Positions 29,298 to 39,504 of a stretch of 64,000 nt of DNA are shown one piece after another. The translations under genes and the position numbers were made by a program. The notes under the pieces were generated by a model, which did no database searches, was not told the DNA's origin, and saw nothing but the letters and a program-made list of their open reading frames with translations. Positions within the stretch are counted from its first letter, which is position 1. Each line of letters starts with the position of its first letter. Origin of the DNA: Flavobacteriales bacterium. GTDB lineage: Bacteria > Bacteroidota > Bacteroidia > M30B66. The stretch is from positions 377,944 through 441,943 of the forward strand of contig JBBAKX010000002.1 in NCBI GenBank assembly GCA_040403315.1, written 5' to 3'.

Positions 29298-29603
29298 TTA
29301 ATTTTCAGAATACCGATTGAGCAGAGTTGGTTCATAGCCAAAAATCACCTCATAATGATCCGAATGAGCGCACTGACTGCCTGCATTTGTTACTGCATAA
29401 TAACAATCTTCAGCAGTCATCCGCGTATCGAGTAATAATTCGAAAATAATCCAATAAAATCGTGTAGTGTTTTCTTGATTCCAAAAGTCTGACTCAATAT
29501 CAAACTGTATTTGAATTGAAAAAATGAGTTCTTTTTGTTTGAAAAATTCAAGAAGAAACAAGCCATCCTTCAGCTCGTTCATAGTAAAATTAGGTATTTG
29601 CAC
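29298..29603 (-). CDS. Hypothetical protein
   Basis: 101-aa ORF with GTG start filling an intergenic gap; no motif recognised. Confidence 0.45.
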   Translation of the reverse strand: MQIPNFTMNELKDGLFLLEFFKQKELIFSIQIQFDIESDFWNQENTTRFYWIIFELLLDTRMTAEDCYYAVTNAGSQCAHSDHYEVIFGYEPTLLNRYSEN

Positions 29604-29928
29604 AATATGGGTGTTTAGATATTAGGATGATTCAAAGGAAGTAAAGTTGAGGAGAAATTTCAAAGGTTTTTTTCCTTCTTACCACTCAATAAGGCATAGC
29701 CAATTATTCATTAATATAAAAGCTCAAAGAGAAACTAATCTTAAAACAAACAATTGTCCGCATTTATTTTCAATTTACGAATTCATTCCATTGAAAAAGC
29801 TAATTGCATTAATAGTAAGGATAAACACTTTTTTTAATTAAATATACTCTTTTTCGGATTTTCAAAATTACAAATACACTATCTTGGAGAATCTTTAACA
29901 ATCAACTTTATTTCTAAAGCTTGTAACA

Positions 29929-30504
29929 ATGCAATATAAAACGCTACGCGATTTGTTGAATTTAACTCAGTTACAAATGGCAGAATTGCTTTCAGAAGAC
30001 CTAAATGAATATCGTAAAAACGAAAAAGCAATAAACAGAGAATCTGATGAAACAAGGCTGATTAAAAATTACTTAAACCAGTATGGGTCTATAAATGATT
30101 TGCTTTTAAAACTTAAACAAGATGACTATGATATACCTTACGAAAAATTGAACCCACGTTTTATCAAAAATATTCTGAAGAGAATTGGTTACGCAGAGAT
30201 GATTATTCTCAAGTGCAATGTATCAATTGAAAAATCGGAATCTGAAATCCCAACAATAAACAAACAATTAGAATCTTTATTACATCTAGATAAATGCATA
30301 CCAGAAAGTGAAATTCTCATGCGAAGAAAACTAGCGGAACAAATAGATAAATGCATTGATGTGATGGGAAGAAAGGAATTACGTTTGCGAACACTGAAGT
30401 TAAAGAGACGTTGGGCAAGAGGAGAAGTGGACTTCCTAAAGGAATGGATTATTGATATATCACAAAGGGTCGATATAACATTATTAGGCTATACAATGCC
30501 TTAA
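29929..30504 (+). CDS. Protein with N-terminal XRE-type HTH and C-terminal coiled coil
   Basis: LRDLLNLTQLQMAELL..YRKNE; Lys/Arg/Glu-rich helical tail. Confidence 0.65.
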   Translation: MQYKTLRDLLNLTQLQMAELLSEDLNEYRKNEKAINRESDETRLIKNYLNQYGSINDLLLKLKQDDYDIPYEKLNPRFIKNILKRIGYAEMIILKCNVSIEKSESEIPTINKQLESLLHLDKCIPESEILMRRKLAEQIDKCIDVMGRKELRLRTLKLKRRWARGEVDFLKEWIIDISQRVDITLLGYTMP

Positions 30505-30647
30505 GAGAAATACAATTCATGAGAATTTTATAATCTAAGCGATCGCTTAATTCAAAAATGAATTATAGGGCGAATAAAAGAGTGTACTCTCAATTGAAAA
30601 ATGAAACAACCGCACGTCAAGATTCTTAGAATTTAGAAAACACTAAG

Positions 30648-31034
30648 CTATTGCATTAACAACCCTATAATCTTCCGATCGGCATCTGCCCAATCCAAAT
30701 CTTGTATTTCTACAATGGTTCCCAATTGAAATGCATCGTGTTCGATCAACTGGATCGATCCTTCTACAATCCGAACCCGAAATGGTATGAGATGAATAGT
30801 AAATTCTAGATATTCATGCTGTACCGCTTCCATACGTTCGAGAATTTCGATTTTAATCTGTAATTCTTCCATCAATTCGCGATGCAAGGCCGATTCTTCA
30901 CTTTCTCCTGCTTCCACTTTTCCGCCCGGAAATTCCCATTTACCGGGCATTTTCATTCCGCCGCCCCGGCGAAAAGCATACATTTTACCAGATTCTTCGA
31001 TAATGCCACAGCACACCTCTAAAATCCGTTTCAT
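30648..31034 (-). CDS. NUDIX hydrolase, MutT/NudG-like
   Basis: [31 protein letters not shown]; ATGA overlap with the mutase gene. Confidence 0.9.
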   Translation of the reverse strand: MKRILEVCCGIIEESGKMYAFRRGGGMKMPGKWEFPGGKVEAGESEESALHRELMEELQIKIEILERMEAVQHEYLEFTIHLIPFRVRIVEGSIQLIEHDAFQLGTIVEIQDLDWADADRKIIGLLMQ

Positions 31035-33163
31035 GCTGCCGAATAGCCCGCAATCAAAATACCCAGAACTTCCTGTGCAGCAAGCGGAATGCTGGTTCCA
31101 GGTCCGAAAACCGAAGAAACTCCTGCATCATACAAGGTTTGATAATCTTGCTGGGGAATTACGCCACCAGCCACAACGATAATATCAGGCCTTCCAGCTT
31201 TTTTCAACTCCTCAATTACCTGTGGAATCAAGGTTTTATGTCCACCAGCAAGCGACGAAACGCCCAATATGTGCACGTCATTTTCCAAGGCTTGCTTGGC
31301 CACTTCGGCAGGGATTTGAAACAGTGGCCCGATATCTACATCAAAGCCCATATCAGCGAAGCCGGTAGAAATTACTTTGGCCCCGCGGTCGTGCCCGTCT
31401 TGTCCCATTTTAGCTACAAGAATCCTTGGTCGTCGACCTGCGATGGCTGCGAATTCATCGGCCATTCGTCGGGCTATATTGAGCTGTTCGTTGTTTTTCA
31501 CTTCGGCTGAATAAACTCCTGAAATACTTCTTATGGTGGCTTGATAACGACCGTAAACCTTTTCTAAGGCGTACGAAATTTCACCCAATGTTGCACGGTG
31601 ACGAGCTGCGTCAACACTAAATTCTAGCAGATTTCCTTTCCCCGATTTCGCAGCTTCGGTGAGTGCTTCCAAGGCCAAATTCACCTTCTTTTGATCGCGT
31701 TTCGATTTAATTTCAGCTAATCGTTTCAGCTGACTTTCGCGCACTTTTGTATTGTCGACTTCGAGAATTTCGAGTGGTGTTTCTTCTGCCAATTTAAACT
31801 GGTTCACTCCTACAATCACTTCGGTTCCAGCATCGATTCTAGCTTGCTTTTTTGCTGCTGCTTCTTCGATGCGCATTTTTGGAATTCCAGTTTCGATCGC
31901 TTTCGCCATACCACCAAGTTCTTCCACTTCTTGCATCAATTTCCACGCTTGTTCGGTGAGTTCACGGGTGAGATTCTCAACGTAAAAACTGCCAGCCCAT
32001 GGATCGACCGCTTTGGTAATTTCCGTTTCCAATTGAATAAACAACTGGGTATTTCGAGCAATGCGAGCCGATGCATCCGTAGGTAAAGCAATTGCTTCAT
32101 CTAGCGCATTGGTGTGCAAACTTTGCGTTCCACCCAAAACAGCAGCCATAGCTTCAATCGTGGTTCGTGCAACGTTATTGTATGGATCTTGTTCGGTAAG
32201 GCTCCATCCACTGGTTTGACAATGTGTTCTCAAAGCGAGCGACTTCTCCGATTTTGGATCAAATTGCTTAATTAATTTCGCCCACAACATCCGCCCAGCG
32301 CGCATTTTGGCAATTTCCATGAAATGGTTCATGCCGATACCCCAGAAGAATGACAATCGAGGTGCAAAATCGTCGATTTTCAATCCAGCAGCCAAACCAG
32401 TACGCAGGTATTCCAATCCATCACTCAATGTGTATGCAAGCTCAATGGCAGCAGTGGCGCCAGCTTCGTGCATGTGATAACCCGAAATACTGATGCTGTT
32501 AAACTTGGGCATTCGTTTCGACGAGTAGGCAAAAATATCCGCAATGATCCGCATGCTCGGGGTTGGCGGATAGATGTACGTATTGCGAACCATGAACTCC
32601 TTTAGGATGTCGTTTTGGATGGTTCCGCTTAGCAATTCCTCTTTAACACCTTGCTCTTCAGCAGCAACGATAAAAAATGCCATTACGGGCAAAACTGCAC
32701 CGTTCATGGTCATTGAAACACTCATTTGATCGAGTGGAATTTGATCGAAAAGGATCTTCATGTCTTCCACCGAATCGATGGCTACACCTGCTTTTCCAAC
32801 ATCTCCCTCTACCCTTTCGTGGTCGCTATCGTAACCGCGGTGTGTCGCCAAATCGAAGGCTACCGACAAACCTTTTTGTCCAGCCGCTAAATTGCGACGG
32901 TAAAAGGCATTGCTTTCTTCAGCAGTACTGAAACCGGCGTATTGGCGGATAGTCCACGGCCTGGAAACATACATACTGGTATAAGGCCCACGAAGAAAAG
33001 GTGCAACACCTGCAGCAAAGCGTAAATGCTCAACCTGAGCGAGTGATGAAGGATCGTAATGTCCGCGAATGGTAATGCCTTCTGGGGCTTCCCACAAGGT
33101 TTGTTCTGCACCTGAATAATCGGCTTTGGGCTTCTTGATGCTTTTAAAATCGAGCTTTTTCAT
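31031..33163 (-). CDS. scpA: Methylmalonyl-CoA mutase, large (catalytic) subunit
   Basis: [26 protein letters not shown]12-binding DGHDRG. Confidence 0.97.
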   Translation of the reverse strand: MKKLDFKSIKKPKADYSGAEQTLWEAPEGITIRGHYDPSSLAQVEHLRFAAGVAPFLRGPYTSMYVSRPWTIRQYAGFSTAEESNAFYRRNLAAGQKGLSVAFDLATHRGYDSDHERVEGDVGKAGVAIDSVEDMKILFDQIPLDQMSVSMTMNGAVLPVMAFFIVAAEEQGVKEELLSGTIQNDILKEFMVRNTYIYPPTPSMRIIADIFAYSSKRMPKFNSISISGYHMHEAGATAAIELAYTLSDGLEYLRTGLAAGLKIDDFAPRLSFFWGIGMNHFMEIAKMRAGRMLWAKLIKQFDPKSEKSLALRTHCQTSGWSLTEQDPYNNVARTTIEAMAAVLGGTQSLHTNALDEAIALPTDASARIARNTQLFIQLETEITKAVDPWAGSFYVENLTRELTEQAWKLMQEVEELGGMAKAIETGIPKMRIEEAAAKKQARIDAGTEVIVGVNQFKLAEETPLEILEVDNTKVRESQLKRLAEIKSKRDQKKVNLALEALTEAAKSGKGNLLEFSVDAARHRATLGEISYALEKVYGRYQATIRSISGVYSAEVKNNEQLNIARRMADEFAAIAGRRPRILVAKMGQDGHDRGAKVISTGFADMGFDVDIGPLFQIPAEVAKQALENDVHILGVSSLAGGHKTLIPQVIEELKKAGRPDIIVVAGGVIPQQDYQTLYDAGVSSVFGPGTSIPLAAQEVLGILIAGYSAA

Positions 33164-33179
33164 GGTTATTCAGGGTAAA

Positions 33180-34994
33180 TCAGGATTCAGCAACTAATAC
33201 TTTTTGAAAGATCGCTTCGGCATCGCAACCCATGAAAATATATTCGTCGATGGAGGTCAATTTTTGCGCAGAATCTGCGGATGGTTTTCCAGCTATCCAC
33301 ACCAAACCATTCGGCCATTGGTCGGCTTTGAGTAGTTCCACTGCGGAAGGATAATCTTCATCGGCTGCACAGAGCACTACGATATCAGCTTTTATGGCGA
33401 ATGTACTTTTGAGCTGATCGAGCAGTGCTACCGATGGATCGCCAAGGTTCGATTTAATACCCGCCATCGCGAGGAAATCTTTGGCAAAACCAGCGCGAGC
33501 CGATCGCTTGGAAGCATCTCCAAAAACTGCGATAAATGCACTCAATGCCTTCGATTTATTGAGATAATACCTAATTTTCTCAATCACTTCTGCTTCGCGG
33601 AAATTTTCAACGACTTTGATTTCAGGCAATTTGCTGAGTGGATCTCTTGGTTTAATTGGAGGTTCGATGCGCGGCAATTGCAAGTCGGCAAATTGTGAAA
33701 CTCCAACAAGAACGCGCTTTCTGGTGCTTATTGCTTTACGTAAATTGCTCGCAGATACTTTTACTTGGTCTTGAATCCAAGATGAGCGCAAAGAAGCTGT
33801 AAATCCACCTTTGGCTTCTGTTTCTTGAAACAATGCCCACGAACGGTCGATAATTTCATGGGTAAGTGCATCGATGTACCAAGCGCCAGACGCGGGATCG
33901 AGCACTTTATCGAGCTTACTTTCATCGTGCAATAAATGCTGAACATTAAGTGCCAGCCTTCGTGAATTCACATCGGGCTCACGGAAAAAAGCATCGTGCG
34001 GATGAACGGTTAATGTGTCTGCACCACCCGATATTGCAGCCATTCCTTCTGTGGTTGCACGAAGAAGATTGTTGTAAAAATCGGCGGTGGTTTTATTTCT
34101 AAAGGTTGTTTCGGCGGCAATTTCGAGTGGATATTTTCGGCCATCGAGTTGATGGGCTTCTAAGAACATGTGCCACAAGATGCGAGCAGCGCGGAATTTG
34201 GCTATTTGCAAGAAATAATCCGAACCTGCTGACAACTGCAATCTGGCATTTGAAGCCAATATTTCTGTAGAAATATTCTTGCTCAGTTGGTCGAAATATT
34301 CCTGAAATGTTGAAAGTGAAAATGCAAGTTCTTGCACAGCTGTTGAGCCCGATTCGTGCCAAAAACTCCCATTTACCACCAAACATCTGAACTGCGGCAA
34401 AGGCTCCTGTGCTGCCAAAATCATGGCTTCTAGAATGCTAAAACTTTCAGATTTGCTGTATGGAAAAGCTCCATTTTTAGCATAATCGGTAAGGATATCG
34501 TAGGTTACTGAACCACGAAGTTTATGTTTATCGATGGCGCGGCGCGAAAATTCATCGGTAAGCATAAATAGCAACGAAGGCGCTCCTTCATCGGCATCGA
34601 AGCGCAATGAAATATATTCTGGAACGATTTTTTTCAACGTTAAAATTAGTTCTTCTTGGTTGCTGATACCAATTCCAGTAAAGGTGATCGAATTTGCGCC
34701 TTGTTGAAGGGCTTCAAGCGCCATTTTATTTGACTGAATGAGATCGTCGGTGCCCACATTCACATTCATTTCCCACTCATTAGCAGCTGCAAATTCGGGG
34801 TTAAGCGGTTTTCTGTAAGGACCGATAAAAATGGGCTCAACCGATTGTTCGGCAGAATAATATGATTGTATGAGAATGTCTTCCGATCTGGCTTGCAGAA
34901 ATCTGCTCACATCGTCGGATTTCATGTCTTTTTTGAGTTGCTCCAGCCACTGTTCGTAGTTGGCAGGACTAAATTCTCCGAAGAGTTGTTCCAT
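33180..34994 (-). CDS. mutA: Methylmalonyl-CoA mutase, small subunit
   Basis: AKFRAARILW, NLLRATTE, GGAD, DPASGAWYI, no DxHxxG; upstream of the large subunit. Start set at ATG 34994 (TATTTTTG at 35013-35020). Confidence 0.9.
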   Translation of the reverse strand: MEQLFGEFSPANYEQWLEQLKKDMKSDDVSRFLQARSEDILIQSYYSAEQSVEPIFIGPYRKPLNPEFAAANEWEMNVNVGTDDLIQSNKMALEALQQGANSITFTGIGISNQEELILTLKKIVPEYISLRFDADEGAPSLLFMLTDEFSRRAIDKHKLRGSVTYDILTDYAKNGAFPYSKSESFSILEAMILAAQEPLPQFRCLVVNGSFWHESGSTAVQELAFSLSTFQEYFDQLSKNISTEILASNARLQLSAGSDYFLQIAKFRAARILWHMFLEAHQLDGRKYPLEIAAETTFRNKTTADFYNNLLRATTEGMAAISGGADTLTVHPHDAFFREPDVNSRRLALNVQHLLHDESKLDKVLDPASGAWYIDALTHEIIDRSWALFQETEAKGGFTASLRSSWIQDQVKVSASNLRKAISTRKRVLVGVSQFADLQLPRIEPPIKPRDPLSKLPEIKVVENFREAEVIEKIRYYLNKSKALSAFIAVFGDASKRSARAGFAKDFLAMAGIKSNLGDPSVALLDQLKSTFAIKADIVVLCAADEDYPSAVELLKADQWPNGLVWIAGKPSADSAQKLTSIDEYIFMGCDAEAIFQKVLVAES

Positions 34995-35190
34995 TCTATA
35001 ATTTTGGGAAAACAAAAATAGGAAAGCCAAAAGGTTTATCCCAATTAATTGAGCTGAAAGCAGCGAAAACAAAGAAAAAATCTTGACGATTAATTCTTGG
35101 CTTTAGATCAACCAAAATGAGAAATAAAAAGTTACAATGATAATTTGATAGAGAATCAATTAGAAACCCAATTATACAAGGCGAAACAAT

Positions 35191-35520
35191 TTATTGAGCC
35201 TTTTTTGTAGAGTCGGTTACAAGCCAAACTTCTTCGTCGGCTTTTTTCATAAAATAATGCTCGCGGGCAAATTTTTCAAGGCTTTTGGTGTCGTAAAACA
35301 GATCATTAAGATCTTCCTTGGTTTTCTTGATTTCGGTTTGGTAGTAGCGTTTTTCCTTTTTTAAATCATATAAACCTTGACGTTCTTGGTATTGAGAAAC
35401 GAGGCTATTTTGATCAAAAAACATCACCCAGGCAAGAAAAATAAACATCGCCAAAAAATACCGATTTCCCCAGATTGGGTAGCGTTCAACAAACAATTTG
35501 ATGAATTCCGGCTTTTTCAT
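35191..35520 (-). CDS. Septum formation initiator FtsB/DivIC family
   Basis: Single TM, FFDQNS, coiled coil, LEKFAREHYFMKKADEEV. Confidence 0.88.
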   Translation of the reverse strand: MKKPEFIKLFVERYPIWGNRYFLAMFIFLAWVMFFDQNSLVSQYQERQGLYDLKKEKRYYQTEIKKTKEDLNDLFYDTKSLEKFAREHYFMKKADEEVWLVTDSTKKAQ

Positions 35521-35525
35521 TGGTA

Positions 35526-35533
35526 CAAAAATA
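35526..35533 (-). promoter_or_regulatory. -7 element 5 nt before the ftsB-like ATG
   Basis: TATTTTTG-TACCA-ATG on the minus strand. Confidence 0.6.
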
Positions 35534-35601
35534 AACAGCTAATAAGCGGTTGAAAGCCAATGCAAAAATACTTATCAGCCTAATTCTGTTATTAGCCGAT
35601 T

Positions 35602-36084
35602 TTATTCAATAACCAACTTCCCGATCATTTTCGGAAAATTGCCGGGGAAGGTGCTTATGTAATTGTACGAACCTGCACCCGGCGCAGTGAAATCAACTAC
35701 AACCGATTGACCAGGAGCGGCAAGCGCTGAAGAAACGATCACATTTTTTCCGTAGGCTACATAGTTATTGTCTGAACCCGCAGCCATGGCATCGTTTACT
35801 ACTTCTTGCCCAGTACCGAGGTTAACTAACACCCAGTTTTCGTACATGCCTTCGCCTTTGAGTTGATTGTTAAGAGTAAGTTTTACTTTGGAACCTTTTT
35901 TCAAGTTGATTCGGTTAGGCTCGAAACGCACATCAGCTGGTGAAGTTCCTTTTACGCTTACAGTGATGAGCATTTCTCCAGTAGCTGAAAGCGTACCGGA
36001 TGTCTCTGATCCACCACATGAGAAAAGCATGATAATCAAACTAATAGAAACGAAAAATGATAAAGCCTTTTTGAAAATAATCAT
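35602..36084 (-). CDS. Azurin/auracyanin-fold lipoprotein lacking canonical Cu ligands
   Basis: Lipobox LFSC; cupredoxin pattern KVKLTL.N..GMYENWVLV ... FTAPGAGSYNYISTFPGNFPKMIGKL. Confidence 0.8.
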   Translation of the reverse strand: MIIFKKALSFFVSISLIIMLFSCGGSETSGTLSATGEMLITVSVKGTSPADVRFEPNRINLKKGSKVKLTLNNQLKGEGMYENWVLVNLGTGQEVVNDAMAAGSDNNYVAYGKNVIVSSALAAPGQSVVVDFTAPGAGSYNYISTFPGNFPKMIGKLVIE

Positions 36085-36207
36085 ACCGATAAAATCTAAT
36101 GCAAGATGTACAGAAATTCTATTGGATCGTCATAAAGGACATATTTTTTTCATCTATACCTATTTCTAAAAGATGTTAACAATATGAGGCATTGCTCGCG
36201 ATACGGC

Positions 36208-36215
36208 TATCTTTG
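36208..36215 (+). promoter_or_regulatory. -7 element 5 nt before the dnaX ATG
   Basis: TATCTTTG-CAAGA-ATG. Confidence 0.65.
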
Positions 36216-36220
36216 CAAGA

Positions 36221-37924
36221 ATGGAGAATTTCCTTGTTTCCGCCCGTAAATACCGCCCTGTTACCTTTCGTTCAGTAGTTGGACAGGAGACCATTACCAA
36301 TACCTTAAAAAACTCGATCCGCAGTAACCATCTTGCTCAAGCATTTCTGTTTTGTGGACCGAGAGGAGTTGGAAAAACCACTTGCGCGCGAATTCTTGCG
36401 AAAACAGTTAATTGTTTGAATCTCTCCGAGGATACGGAACCTTGCAATGCTTGCGAAAGCTGCATGGGCTTCAACCAAAGTGCTTCTTTCAACATCCATG
36501 AACTCGATGCGGCATCAAACAACTCGGTGGATGATATTCGTGCCCTGATCGAACAAGTTCGTTTTGCACCACAAATCGGGAAGTATGGCGTGTATATTAT
36601 CGATGAGGTTCACATGCTTAGCACTTCGGCCTTCAACGCCTTCCTCAAAACACTCGAAGAACCGCCACGCCACGCAATCTTCATCTTAGCAACCACCGAG
36701 CGACACAAAATTCTTCCAACAATACTCTCTCGTTGTCAGGTATTTACGTTCAATAGAATCAAGGTCGACGATATATCATCTCACCTTGAATTTGTTGCCA
36801 AAAAAGAGAACATTCAAGCCGAAACGGATGCCTTACATGTAATCGCCCAAAAAGCGGATGGAGGACTTCGCGATGCCTTATCGATGTTCGACCAAATTGT
36901 GAGTTTTTCAGGAGGTTCGACGCTTACCTATCAGGCAGCAATCGAAAATCTGAATGTTTTAGATTACGATTATTTTTTCAGGGCTACCGACACTTTCATT
37001 CAAGGAAGCTACAGCGATACATTGATGCTTCTCAATGAAGTACTGACCAAAGGATTCGATCTTGGCAATTTCCTCAGTGGATTGTCGGAACACTTTAGAA
37101 ACCTTCTGGTTTGCTGGGATGCCGTTACTTTACCACTCTTGGAAGTAAGCGCCGGCGTTAAAAGTCGCTACCAAAGTCAGAGCCAACAATGCGGTCCTGT
37201 TGCACTCATTCGCGGCATCGATCTGATCAATCAAACAGAGATTTCCCTGAAAAGTGCCCGCAACAGCCGACTATCGGCAGAATTGGGAATGCTAAAGTTG
37301 TGTGGAATTTTCAAGCCAGAGCCAATTGCTCCTCCTGAAAAAAAAACTCCTGACGTAACACTTGCTGCTCCAACGCCTGCTGCGCCTACTGCTGCAAAAC
37401 CAGAAGAGCCAGCCAAACAGCCGGTTATCAATTTGCGTGGTGTTTCACCGGTTCGATCAACCATTTCAATTCGTAAGCATCTAGATAAGAAAGAAGAAAC
37501 TGTTGATACTACTTCGAATCAGCAGCCTACTCACTCAATAACAGAGCAACTTCCTGAAGATGCTTTCGATTTAGAAACTTTGCTTCTACATTGGGACAAG
37601 TACACAGAAAAACTAAAAATTGATGGGAAATTATCGCTTTGTAGTACGCTAACTATTACAAAGCCAGAACTGTTGGAAGGTTTTCAAATTGCCTTCATGG
37701 TTCAGAATGAAAGTCAACTAAAGGAACTTGAAAACGGAAGGCACGATCTTACTGCATATTTGCAGAAACAGCTTAAGAATTTTAGTGTTAGAATTCAGCT
37801 CAGTAAGTCAGAAATGCCAATTAAAACGAGGCCTTACACCGCCGATGAAAAACTGAAAGCGCTCGAAGAAAAGAATCCTCATGTGGCATTACTGAGAAAG
37901 AACCTAGGCTTAAACCCAGGATAG
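36221..37924 (+). CDS. dnaX: DNA polymerase III subunits gamma/tau
   Basis: ARKYRP, GPRGVGKTT, Zn Cys cluster, ELDAASNNSVDD, IIDEVHML, LSRC; A9 run at 37338-37346. Confidence 0.97.
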   Translation: MENFLVSARKYRPVTFRSVVGQETITNTLKNSIRSNHLAQAFLFCGPRGVGKTTCARILAKTVNCLNLSEDTEPCNACESCMGFNQSASFNIHELDAASNNSVDDIRALIEQVRFAPQIGKYGVYIIDEVHMLSTSAFNAFLKTLEEPPRHAIFILATTERHKILPTILSRCQVFTFNRIKVDDISSHLEFVAKKENIQAETDALHVIAQKADGGLRDALSMFDQIVSFSGGSTLTYQAAIENLNVLDYDYFFRATDTFIQGSYSDTLMLLNEVLTKGFDLGNFLSGLSEHFRNLLVCWDAVTLPLLEVSAGVKSRYQSQSQQCGPVALIRGIDLINQTEISLKSARNSRLSAELGMLKLCGIFKPEPIAPPEKKTPDVTLAAPTPAAPTAAKPEEPAKQPVINLRGVSPVRSTISIRKHLDKKEETVDTTSNQQPTHSITEQLPEDAFDLETLLLHWDKYTEKLKIDGKLSLCSTLTITKPELLEGFQIAFMVQNESQLKELENGRHDLTAYLQKQLKNFSVRIQLSKSEMPIKTRPYTADEKLKALEEKNPHVALLRKNLGLNPG

Positions 37925-37926
37925 CT

Positions 37927-38322
37927 TTATGGCAACTGCATTTTTTTAAGCATGCTAATTGGCCCCGGACAATAAGTTTCGTGGCACCTGATGCACGTTT
38001 TTACCAAACTGTTATATTCAGTTTTCTGGTCGATTTTCTCTGCTTTTCCGAAACGGTCTACTTGCACTAAAAAAGTATTGGCATATTCAGGATAACGCTC
38101 CCCTTTTTTTGATTCAACGCTTGGTTTGGCGGTATTAATTCGATGGTATTTCTTGTAAAACATCGGAATTTTCTCACCATTTTGAACCTTCACCCGCACA
38201 CGTTTCATGTCGTTGGCCATGGTTCGCATCAGCTTACTCAACTCACTTTCAGATCGAAAGCCATTCAACAGAACGAAAAGTACAAGTAAACCAGAAGCTA
38301 AGAATAGACCTTTAATTTTCAT
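37927..38322 (-). CDS. Four-helix cytochrome c'-like exported protein
   Basis: Signal peptide, SELSKLMRTM, C-terminal CIRCH...CPGP. Confidence 0.75.
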   Translation of the reverse strand: MKIKGLFLASGLLVLFVLLNGFRSESELSKLMRTMANDMKRVRVKVQNGEKIPMFYKKYHRINTAKPSVESKKGERYPEYANTFLVQVDRFGKAEKIDQKTEYNSLVKTCIRCHETYCPGPISMLKKMQLP

Positions 38323-38343
38323 GAATGAATTGTGGTAGATAGA

Positions 38344-38799
38344 CTACTTTTTGTAAATCAACACACCTGATGCTTCAAAAGAAAGACGGGTTTCTGGCTC
38401 GGTAATTTTTTCGATTTCTTCCTTAGTTTTTCCAGCATCTTCAGCATAATGACGAAGCATATCAACCGACAAAACTTCTCTAAATGCAACGCCATCCATC
38501 ACAGCAGTTTTACCGTCTGCATCTTTTGGAACGAAGAATCCATAATCTTTAAAACGTACCATCATTTGTTTGCCATCACCAAGATCAACATTCATCCAAC
38601 ATCCCTTTTTCTGACAAACATTTACAATTGGAGCAGAAATTTTGGTTATCAAGGAGTCTTTCCCATCAATTTGCTTAAGAAAAGAAGCGCCTTCTATTGC
38701 GCCATCGAGTTTGATTTTGTCGCCAAAAGATTCAGTTTTTTGTGCATTTAAGAAAGAAGCAGAAAGTAAAATGGCGAAAACAAATGTGTAAAGTTTCAT
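38344..38799 (-). CDS. DUF4920 family protein
   Basis: VCQKKGCWM, FKDYGFFVP, LRHYAEDAG. Confidence 0.9.
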   Translation of the reverse strand: MKLYTFVFAILLSASFLNAQKTESFGDKIKLDGAIEGASFLKQIDGKDSLITKISAPIVNVCQKKGCWMNVDLGDGKQMMVRFKDYGFFVPKDADGKTAVMDGVAFREVLSVDMLRHYAEDAGKTKEEIEKITEPETRLSFEASGVLIYKK

Positions 38800-38814
38800 A
38801 GCTATTATTTGTGA

Positions 38815-39498
38815 TTATAAAGATACTGAATTGCCTGATTTAGTAGCATGTAGCATGTGCCTTTTGTGCGGAGGACCAGCCAAGCGTTGAACTTGAAAAC
38901 CGAGTGATTGCATTTGTCGGCGCACATCCCCTTTGGCACAATAGGTAACCCAAATTCCTCCTTCTTTTAAGGCATCTGCGCAGGCTTGTAAGGAATGCTT
39001 ATCCCAAATTTCTGGTTGATCGACAGGTGAAAAAGCATCGAAAAATACGATATCAAACCCCTCACCAACCTGAATGTTAGGCCACTTGCCGTTCAACTTC
39101 GAAAACTTAAAGTTTGGATAATGATGTAATTCATTCCAGTTGGATGTGTGCAGTAACTGAAAATCATCAGTTGCATTTGGTAATAAATATTGAAAATCTT
39201 CGAGTACTGTTGGATTCACTGGGAAAGCTTCAATTCCAGTGTATTCAACTTCTTTACCTGATTTTATTGCCCATTGCCAAGCCAACAAAGCGTTGAGCCC
39301 TGTACCAAAACCTATCTCTAGAATCCTGATATTACTAGCTTGGATCTGGGAAATGGTATCTAAACCATGTTGAATAAAAACATGCGTACTTTCCTGCACA
39401 GCGCCATGACTACTATGGTAAGTCGTTCCAAATTGTAACGAGCGCAAAGTACTACTTCCATCTTCCGTTGCTTCAACGGTCACCTCCGCAAACTGCAT
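38815..39498 (-). CDS. mnmD: tRNA (mnm5s2U34) methyltransferase, MnmD/MnmC-MTase-like
   Basis: TEDGSSTL, YHSSHGA, LEIGFGTGLN, FDAFSP, TYCAKG, GPPHKR. Confidence 0.88.
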   Translation of the reverse strand: MQFAEVTVEATEDGSSTLRSLQFGTTYHSSHGAVQESTHVFIQHGLDTISQIQASNIRILEIGFGTGLNALLAWQWAIKSGKEVEYTGIEAFPVNPTVLEDFQYLLPNATDDFQLLHTSNWNELHHYPNFKFSKLNGKWPNIQVGEGFDIVFFDAFSPVDQPEIWDKHSLQACADALKEGGIWVTYCAKGDVRRQMQSLGFQVQRLAGPPHKRHMLHATKSGNSVSL

Positions 39499-39504
39499 TG
39501 GAAA

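Noticed and set aside
34995-35190. Cobalamin riboswitch upstream of mutA
   Set aside because: The region is AT-rich with no B12-box or GGGAA motifs, and the -7 element lies only about 18 nt from the ATG.
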